64,000 nt of DNA. Origin: Eubacteriales bacterium (GTDB lineage Bacteria; Bacillota; Clostridia; Oscillospirales; CAG-272). Position 1 is the first letter of the stretch, and the number at the start of each line of letters is the position of its first letter. The position numbers were made by a program, and so were the translations under genes. A model generated the notes under the pieces. That model saw only the letters and a list, made by a program, of their open reading frames with translations. It was not told where the DNA came from and made no database searches. This document shows, one piece after another, positions 47,743 to 54,719 of the stretch. The stretch is from positions 33 through 64,032 of the forward strand of contig JAZSET010000028.1 in assembly GCA_045531795.1 (NCBI GenBank), read 5' to 3'.

Positions 47743-48963
47743 TCATAGTCTGTATGTACCGGGCAAATCGCAGCACTTGCGGGTATCAAGAACAATTTTA
47801 CCCTTTAATTTGTCAAGATTATCTCTGATTTCGCTGTGACCAACCATAATTACAACAAGTTCAGTGTCCGCAAGGAACTTGTCAAAATCGTGATACTGAT
47901 TAGGAACAAGGTCGTTTGCAAAATAAGGGTCATAGCTCTTCAGAGGAGCGGCAAGATGCCTTTTCTGACTTTCGAGAAGCTGAAGTGTCGGAGATTCTCT
48001 GGGGTCGTCAACATTTTCTTTGTAGGAAAGTCCATAAAGACCGACTCTTGAAAAGTCTGTTATGTTGTTTTCTTCCATAATTTCGTGTATGCGCTCTAAA
48101 ACGAAGTCGGGCATACTGTCATTAACCTTCATAGACTCGTTTATAACCTTGGTAAGACTTGGATAGTCACCAACGAGGAACCAGGGGTCAACAGAAATGC
48201 AGTGACCGCCGACACCGGGGCCGGGCTGGAGAATATTTACACGGGGATGCATATTGCATATCTTGATAATTTCGTAAACATCCATATTGTCGTGGCGGCA
48301 GATTTTTGCAAGCTCGTTTGCAAAAGCGATGTTTACTGCGCGGAAAGTGTTTTCAACAACCTTTGTCATTTCTGCAGTACGGATATCTGTTACAATAATT
48401 TCGCCCTGACAGAATGATGCATAAACATTTTTGATTTTTTCGCCGATAGCTTTATCGTCAGCGCCGATGGTACGGTTGTTATGTAAAAGTTCATATACCA
48501 TATTACCGGGAATGATACGCTCGGGGGCGTGAACGAGATTTATGTCACGGCCGATTACAAAGCCGTTTTCTTCTATAACCGGACGAACATATTTGTCAAT
48601 TGTTCCGGGGGATACCGTTGACTCAATAACTACAGTTGCACCCTTGGGGCAAACATCCATTATTGTTTTAACTGCGCTTACTACATAGCAGGGGTCAACC
48701 TTTTTGCTGAAGTTGTCATAAGGAGTGGGTACAGAGACGACATATGTGTCTGTTACCTGATATTCGGTAGTAAACTTAATCCCTGCCTTAACGGCCTCGT
48801 TAAAGAGATCGTCAAGACCGTCTTCTTTAAAGGTAGTTTTGCCGGAATTAAGAGTGGCAACAAGCTCCTTGTTGTAGTCTGTGCCTACAACCTCCACATT
48901 GTGAGAGGCAAGCATCAGCGCTGTGGGAAGTCCAATGTAACCAAGTCCAATTACGTTAATCAT
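47743..48963 (-). CDS. wecC: UDP-N-acetyl-D-mannosamine dehydrogenase
   Basis: INVIGLGYIGLPTALMLA and a catalytic-Cys context (GPGVGGHCISVDPWF). Confidence 0.88.
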   Translation of the reverse strand: MINVIGLGYIGLPTALMLASHNVEVVGTDYNKELVATLNSGKTTFKEDGLDDLFNEAVKAGIKFTTEYQVTDTYVVSVPTPYDNFSKKVDPCYVVSAVKTIMDVCPKGATVVIESTVSPGTIDKYVRPVIEENGFVIGRDINLVHAPERIIPGNMVYELLHNNRTIGADDKAIGEKIKNVYASFCQGEIIVTDIRTAEMTKVVENTFRAVNIAFANELAKICRHDNMDVYEIIKICNMHPRVNILQPGPGVGGHCISVDPWFLVGDYPSLTKVINESMKVNDSMPDFVLERIHEIMEENNITDFSRVGLYGLSYKENVDDPRESPTLQLLESQKRHLAAPLKSYDPYFANDLVPNQYHDFDKFLADTELVVIMVGHSEIRDNLDKLKGKIVLDTRKCCDLPGTYRL

Positions 48964-49128
48964 TTTGATTCTCCTTGCAGTTTGTTTTATTTGCGATTGA
49001 GCCGGAGTTTATTTGCTTGACACTATAAGCCAACCTATATTATATCACAACAAAAAAGAGATGTCAAGAAAGAAAAGTTTTGTGTATATATCACATATTT
49101 ACACAAGTCGTGTATTTTCGACAAAAAA

Positions 49129-49152
49129 TCAGGCTGAGAAAACTCAGCCTGA
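49129..49152 (-). terminator. Terminator downstream of tyrS
   Basis: TCAGGCTGAG-AAAA-CTCAGCCTGA with a T-run on the minus strand. Confidence 0.6.
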
Positions 49153-49157
49153 CAGTT

Positions 49158-50381
49158 TTAGCCTAATAATACTTTATAGAAATTCTTTTTACCCTTGCGA
49201 ACCTTGATTCCGTCTGTGAGTTCGTCAAGTGAAATCATATGACCGATATTATCTATCTTGTTGTCGTTTATGAAAAGACCGCCCTGGGTTATAAGTCTGC
49301 GCGCTTCGCTCTTTGAGGGAGCAATTCCTGCAGCAACCATCATATCCATAACACCGATGGCATTATCTGTTAAGAGGGAAGCATCAATAGATACGGTAGG
49401 CATATTTGCATCATCGCCGCTGCCACCAAAAAGTGCTTTTGATGCAGTTCTTGCTGCTTCTGCTTCTTCTTTTCCGTGAACAAGTGCTGTAAGCTCGTAT
49501 GCAAGGATATCCTTAGCCTCATTAAGCTGTGCGCCCTCCCAGGAATCCATTTTGTCAATTTCTTCAAGAGGAATAAAGGTGAGCATACGGATACACTTAA
49601 GAACATCCGAGTCGCCGACATTTCTCCAATACTGATAGAACTCAAAAGGAGAGGTTTTATTCGGATCAAGCCAGACTGCACCGTTTGCGGTTTTACCCAT
49701 TTTCTTGCCCTCTGAATTGAGGAGAAGTGTAATTGTCATAGCATAGGCGTCTTTGCCGAGCTTTTTACGGATAAGCTCAGTGCCGCCAAGCATGTTCGAC
49801 CACTGGTCATCGCCACCAAACTGCATATTGCAGTCATATTCCTTGAAGAGATGATAGAAGTCGTATGACTGCATAATCATATAGTTGAATTCAAGGAACG
49901 AAAGTCCCTTTTCCATACGCTGCTTGTAGCATTCTGCCCTGAGCATATTGTTTACCGAGAAACAAGCACCGACTTCTCGTAACAGATCAACATAATTAAG
50001 CTTTAAAAGCCAGTCTGCATTATTTACGGCAATAGCACCGCCCTCACCGAAATCGATGAATTTTTCCATCTGCTTTTTGAAACATTCGCAGTTGTGCTCA
50101 ATTGTTTCGGGTGAAAGCATTGAACGCATATCACTGCGTCCCGATGGGTCTCCGATGTATCCTGTTCCACCGCCTAAAAGCACAACAGGCTTGTTACCTG
50201 CCATCTGCAAACGCTTCATAAGGCAAAGAGCCATAAAGTGACCTACATGAAGAGAGTCTGCTGTAGGGTCAAAACCGATATAAAATTTAGCCTTACCGGT
50301 ATTGATAAGCTCTCTGATTTCGCTTTCGTCTGTTACCTGGGCAATAAGACCTCTTGCCACAAGTTCTTCATATATCTGCAT
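49158..50381 (-). CDS. tyrS: Tyrosine--tRNA ligase
   Basis: The HIGH-type motif (SLHVGH), the KMSKS-type motif (KMGKT) and a C-terminal S4 domain. Confidence 0.95.
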   Translation of the reverse strand: MQIYEELVARGLIAQVTDESEIRELINTGKAKFYIGFDPTADSLHVGHFMALCLMKRLQMAGNKPVVLLGGGTGYIGDPSGRSDMRSMLSPETIEHNCECFKKQMEKFIDFGEGGAIAVNNADWLLKLNYVDLLREVGACFSVNNMLRAECYKQRMEKGLSFLEFNYMIMQSYDFYHLFKEYDCNMQFGGDDQWSNMLGGTELIRKKLGKDAYAMTITLLLNSEGKKMGKTANGAVWLDPNKTSPFEFYQYWRNVGDSDVLKCIRMLTFIPLEEIDKMDSWEGAQLNEAKDILAYELTALVHGKEEAEAARTASKALFGGSGDDANMPTVSIDASLLTDNAIGVMDMMVAAGIAPSKSEARRLITQGGLFINDNKIDNIGHMISLDELTDGIKVRKGKKNFYKVLLG

Positions 50382-50418
50382 AAAAACCTCCAGCGCCGCC
50401 GTGCGGCTTAATTACAAA

Positions 50419-50718
50419 TTAAAGTAAACCTGCCTTTTTGTCAAGACGGTAGTTTCGTATGTATACTACAAGATCTGCACCAACCATAATGAAGTTGAGA
50501 ACATAGAAGAAAAGCACATACCACTTAAAACTTGGTGAACTCAAGTTCACAAGCTTTGAGGAAATGCCTGCAATATAGCCAAAGAAGATAAGTAGTAGAA
50601 AGGCGAGACTCTTTCCTTTTGTTGTTCTTGCTTTGTAGGATTTAATTACATTTAACGGCCAGGAAAATCCGAAGCTTACTATCATTATAATTTCGAGAAT
50701 TTCTGCTAAGGTTGACAT
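50419..50718 (-). CDS. Small 3-TM membrane protein, PQ-loop/SemiSWEET-like
   Basis: 99 aa with three hydrophobic helices. The segment SWPLNVIKSYKARTTKGKS resembles the PQ-loop motif with PQ replaced by PL. Confidence 0.5.
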   Translation of the reverse strand: MSTLAEILEIIMIVSFGFSWPLNVIKSYKARTTKGKSLAFLLLIFFGYIAGISSKLVNLSSPSFKWYVLFFYVLNFIMVGADLVVYIRNYRLDKKAGLL

Positions 50719-50826
50719 TTTGATTTTTGTCCTTTCTATGTGACTTTACAAATTCTATAATATTATAGCACATTTTTTCTCAAATGCAAGAGAAATTGTA
50801 AAAAAAGCGGGATAATATGTGAAAAC

Positions 50827-51765
50827 TCATATTCCGTCCATTATATGATAATTCCTTAAATTTGTGTCTGTGATGCTGTTTTGCAGGGTAGCTGCAAGTT
50901 TTTCAAGGTCTGTTGCAGGCTTGTCTGAAAGCTTTTGACGGTTTATTTCTTCTGCAACAAGTGTGCATATTTCTTCAATGCTTTCAGCTTTTGCCTTTGC
51001 TTCGTCAGCAGAATTTCCAAGCTCAGTCAGGGCGACAAGCGAGTCTTCAAGACCTGACAGTACCGCAAGTTCACGCATACCGCGATATGCCCATTTATAA
51101 AATGGCTCGTATTTGTTATTAAGCAAATAAATTACCGATATCGTATGGCGTACAAATTCAAAAACTGATAGCTGAGCACTTCCGTTTTCTCCGCGTTTTA
51201 TGCAGCGAGTGTAATTGTATAACCCCGATTGTACCATCATAATTGTATGAGCGGCAAGTTTTTTCAACAAAATATCTTGTGGATAGCCGAGCAGAAGTTC
51301 ATTTCTGATCCTTGAAAACTCACCCGAAGCATCATAAAACACTTCACCGTTTGTTGCGCAGGCAAGGGAAGAAGGTGGAACATAAAGCCACTGATCGGTG
51401 GAAAGAGGAGTGCTTTGAGAGCCTGTAAATTTTTCGTAAAACCCGCCTGTGGTCATCACACCGTGACGATTACCGCCGACGGGCGACAAAAGTTGACGGC
51501 TGTAACCGCCATATTCTTTTGGAAGCTTAGAATAGAATCTTTCAAGCTCAAAGCCGTATTTTTCATAGTCCTCGTCTGAAAGCCACAAACAAAAACCCGG
51601 CTCAAAATCGTGGTCGCAGGAAATTTCGTCATCAAATCCGAAGCACTCCGATCCCTCTCCTGCAAGACCGACGGCTATTCTTTGTGAAAGCCCGGGGAAT
51701 TTCTTTTCAATTTCATCCTTGGCGCAGGCATCAAAAAAGCTCCTTGAAAGCTCAAGACCTTTCAT
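50827..51765 (-). CDS. DUF4037-like protein with an N-terminal nucleotidyltransferase-type motif
   Basis: IAVGLAGEGSECFGFDDEISCDHDFEPGFCLWL matches my recollection of DUF4037 proteins. It overlaps the upstream TPR gene by 14 nt. Confidence 0.65.
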   Translation of the reverse strand: MKGLELSRSFFDACAKDEIEKKFPGLSQRIAVGLAGEGSECFGFDDEISCDHDFEPGFCLWLSDEDYEKYGFELERFYSKLPKEYGGYSRQLLSPVGGNRHGVMTTGGFYEKFTGSQSTPLSTDQWLYVPPSSLACATNGEVFYDASGEFSRIRNELLLGYPQDILLKKLAAHTIMMVQSGLYNYTRCIKRGENGSAQLSVFEFVRHTISVIYLLNNKYEPFYKWAYRGMRELAVLSGLEDSLVALTELGNSADEAKAKAESIEEICTLVAEEINRQKLSDKPATDLEKLAATLQNSITDTNLRNYHIMDGI

Positions 51766-52573
51766 AGATTTCTCTCGATTTCTTATATAGATTTTGTGAA
51801 GTCAGGAAATATCCGAAATAATCAAATGAGGGAGCGCATTTTTCGGCAACAAAGGCATAATATGCGTTTCTTTCAATTCTTTTATCTTCAAGTATTTCTT
51901 CTGCCGCAAGTAAACATTCTTCAATTAACCTTGATTCGGGAGACTCTTTGGATTCATACAGATGAGCCATATTTACATATGTTACCGCAGCATCAAGTAA
52001 GGTATCGGTTTTGCCGAGGGTAATTGCAAGGGCCTTTTTGTATAAATCCTCGGCCTCATCAAAACGAGCGAGGTCTGCAAGTGTTGTGGCAAAATTGTTG
52101 TAAAGAGCCGCATTTCTCTCATCGTTTTCATCGAGTTCGGCCTTGTATATCTCTGTCGCTTTTTCATATAGAGCCACTGCCTTTTCGGGATAACCGAAAG
52201 CCTTGCTTGTCGTGGCGGCGTTTATCATAATGGTAGCACCCGACGGGGAATTCTCCATACCTGTAAAGGTTATAAGCTCCAGAGCCCGCTCTATTGCAGA
52301 AAGTCCGGATTCTTTATCTGACATACGCCTCGACAAGCCGAGAATTTCGTTTACAACAGTGAGCTCACCCGACAAATCTCCTGTAATAATCGCCTCTTTT
52401 TGCCAATAATCAAGCAGATTTTTTGCACCAATCAGATTATCTGTTTCAAAAAAACTGTCAAGCTTTTCAATTACTCTTGAAACGGGTATTCTTTTTGCGC
52501 TTTGCTCTGCCTTTTTGCATGCAGGACATTCAAAATCAATTTTTAATACTTCAAAATCTTTATTATCGTTCAT
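51752..52573 (-). CDS. TPR-repeat protein with an N-terminal CxxC element
   Basis: TPR-like helices (ALYNNFATTLADLARFDEAEDLYKKALAI, AAVTYVNMAHLY). The start is uncertain; MNDNK at 52573 was chosen because GAGAGAGAA precedes it. Confidence 0.6.
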   Translation of the reverse strand: MNDNKDFEVLKIDFECPACKKAEQSAKRIPVSRVIEKLDSFFETDNLIGAKNLLDYWQKEAIITGDLSGELTVVNEILGLSRRMSDKESGLSAIERALELITFTGMENSPSGATIMINAATTSKAFGYPEKAVALYEKATEIYKAELDENDERNAALYNNFATTLADLARFDEAEDLYKKALAITLGKTDTLLDAAVTYVNMAHLYESKESPESRLIEECLLAAEEILEDKRIERNAYYAFVAEKCAPSFDYFGYFLTSQNLYKKSREIYERS

Positions 52574-52671
52574 ATATTTCTCTCTCATAACTTTATTACT
52601 TTTATTATGCAATGAAAATGCAAATTTGTCAATATAAAAATACGAAGCACATCCATTTCAAATCCATAGCT

Positions 52672-52706
52672 ATAAGAAAAGAAGAGCATCAGCCGATGCT
52701 CTTCTT
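52672..52706 (-). terminator. Terminator of the TIR-STAND / membrane-protein operon
   Basis: 12-bp stem AAGAAGAGCATC-AGCC-GATGCTCTTCTT just after the stop at 52711, with a T-rich tail on the minus strand. Confidence 0.65.
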
Positions 52707-52710
52707 TCCT

Positions 52711-54717
52711 TTATTTTTTAACAACCGAATATTTGTTTTCCTTAAAAAAGTCTGCCATGGTGCGAAGCAGTAATTCGTCATACTTGTAATAATCAAAGTC
52801 CGCGGGAGTATAGGTGCTTTTTCCTGAAATTTCATTTGCTTTACCGGCAAGATATTTTGAAAGCTCATCAAGCCCTGCAAAGGTGGTAATGCACGAATGC
52901 TTTTTCTGCGCATTGTTTTTTATCACTTTTTTTATTTTGTCACCGTCTTCTTTGACGGTGATTCTCCTTTTCTTCATCGGAAGATATTCGCAGATCATAT
53001 GGTATGCATTCCATCTGAAATGTTCCTGGGCAAGCATGGCGTTTCTCTTGTTTCTAAGGAAATAATTGTTGTATGTATAATTCTTGTCCTCCAGACTTTC
53101 ACATGTGGCTTTTATGAGAGCTTCCCCGTCTCCTTTTCCGTCTTTCACATAATCAAGTCCAAGCAGGTTCAGTTTAAAACGAAGATTGCTTGCAAGTGAT
53201 ATATTGCTGTATATATCGAAATAGGAAAGCTTGCTCCAGTTGTCTTCACCTGAATAAAACTTATTGACACTCTTAGCCAGACCGCAAAGCGCCTCATTGA
53301 CGATGATGTCGTGAGTGAAAAATGATTCCGTATCACCGTAAAAAGTTATACCGTCGCACAGGGGCAGAGAAGAATCATTATATAAGAATATGCGGAAATT
53401 TTCACAATTATCGAGCAGAAGCTTAAATCTGTCAGCAATTTCAATGTTTTTGTAAATGTCTTTTGTGTCTATCAGAATGTAACTAAAGCTGTTTTCTTTT
53501 TTTATTTCTTTGACCATTTCCTTAAGACAGTCAAATTCATAACAGTTTTCATCTACGCACTTTGTGTTGTAGGGCATATCGGGGAGAGGGAAATATTCGT
53601 CTTTGTTTTTTGAAAGGGCATCCAGTGTGTCTACAAGACCGCCGATTTCCCAAATGTTCTCGTTTGCATTTTTGTCATAGATGAAATAGTTGACAGGAAA
53701 TGCCCGGTATTCTCCGTTGTCATACATTGAAAGCTGATTGTTAATTATAAATTTTCTGTAAATCTCACGGTTGAGACTGCTTAAGCCAAGCAGAAATACA
53801 TTCAGGGCAACTCCTTTTTTTACCGAGGTATCTTCCTCGAAAAAGCTTTCAGGCATATCTTTTGTTATGGGGTTTTCATCTACAAAGTTACGGGCAATAA
53901 GCTCGTCCTGACTAAAGAGAGTAATCCTTTCGCGCACGTTTTCTCCCAGAGAATCAATCTGTCTTTTTGCCGTAACAATTGCGTTTCCGTCTGACTCTAA
54001 ATAGAAACAGAAGTTCTTAAAATTCTTATATGTGTCAAAATAAGCTATTATGTCGCGTATTCTGTTGTAATGGTTACTCCCTTCATTTGGAAAAATGAAA
54101 TTATATCTTGTTTTTCTGTTAAAGAATTTGCTGTTCAGAAATTCTTTCGTGATTTTTTTGCGCATAACCAGAAAGCCATTGTTTACAAGCTCGTTTGCAT
54201 AATTTTTCTCTGCATTTTCGGGAAGAAGAATGATAGTGCTTTTATAATTTTTTGCATAACTCAGTGACGCGGCAGAAGAAGAGACCATAATATCACAACT
54301 TCCTTTAACAAGTAAGGAGGCTATTTTAAACACATTTAAAACCCGCCGACCGAAAGTGCTTATTGCCGCATATGAGGTTGAGACAACAGCGAGCGCAATT
54401 CCGAATCCGTATATATAAACATACTGAGGGAATAAAAGGGCATAGTTTTCCACAAGACCGGTGCTCGTATCTCCGACAAGAGATTTTAAGGCTGCAGGGA
54501 AGCTGTCCGAAAGGTAAAAGAAGAAACTTCTTTTCTCCATAAGTACAAGCTTTTCGTAAAATGCGGGAAGAGTATAAATTATAAAGTTAAGTACGAAAAT
54601 CAAGCTTATAAATATAAATGTTTTTAAGGCATTTTTCTTTCTGAAAACAAACAGTATGCCAACAATGGCAAGTATTATTTCTGCCAAAAGGATACTTTGG
54701 TTAATTGATTCCCACAT
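52711..54717 (-). CDS. Membrane protein: 3 N-terminal TM helices, degenerate Rossmann-like segments, RyR-like C-terminal motif (candidate effector/sensor)
   Basis: TM helices at aa ~8-26, 33-53 and 101-121. Segments CDIMVSSSAASL...STIILLPE and LNVFLLGLSSLNREIYRKFI are beta-alpha-like. The C-terminus (AQEHFRWNAY...KKHSCITTFAGLDEL) resembles the RyR-domain pattern (H.RWNA...KHPCLVP..eL). The ORF itself is solid; the domain assignments are by eye. Confidence 0.6.
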   Translation of the reverse strand: MWESINQSILLAEIILAIVGILFVFRKKNALKTFIFISLIFVLNFIIYTLPAFYEKLVLMEKRSFFFYLSDSFPAALKSLVGDTSTGLVENYALLFPQYVYIYGFGIALAVVSTSYAAISTFGRRVLNVFKIASLLVKGSCDIMVSSSAASLSYAKNYKSTIILLPENAEKNYANELVNNGFLVMRKKITKEFLNSKFFNRKTRYNFIFPNEGSNHYNRIRDIIAYFDTYKNFKNFCFYLESDGNAIVTAKRQIDSLGENVRERITLFSQDELIARNFVDENPITKDMPESFFEEDTSVKKGVALNVFLLGLSSLNREIYRKFIINNQLSMYDNGEYRAFPVNYFIYDKNANENIWEIGGLVDTLDALSKNKDEYFPLPDMPYNTKCVDENCYEFDCLKEMVKEIKKENSFSYILIDTKDIYKNIEIADRFKLLLDNCENFRIFLYNDSSLPLCDGITFYGDTESFFTHDIIVNEALCGLAKSVNKFYSGEDNWSKLSYFDIYSNISLASNLRFKLNLLGLDYVKDGKGDGEALIKATCESLEDKNYTYNNYFLRNKRNAMLAQEHFRWNAYHMICEYLPMKKRRITVKEDGDKIKKVIKNNAQKKHSCITTFAGLDELSKYLAGKANEISGKSTYTPADFDYYKYDELLLRTMADFFKENKYSVVKK

Positions 54718-54719
54718 TT

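Noticed and set aside
50382-50826. T-box leader expected upstream of tyrS
   Set aside because: Only 37 nt separate tyrS from the upstream small membrane-protein gene. The 108-nt region upstream of that gene is too short and shows no T-box or specifier structure, so no riboswitch is called.
52613-52710. ATTTCAAATCC near 52650 as a left-hand att copy for a tRNA-fMet-integrated island
   Set aside because: Only about 9 nt match the tRNA T-loop, and in inverted orientation. This is not distinguishable from chance, so the left boundary of the island is left undefined.
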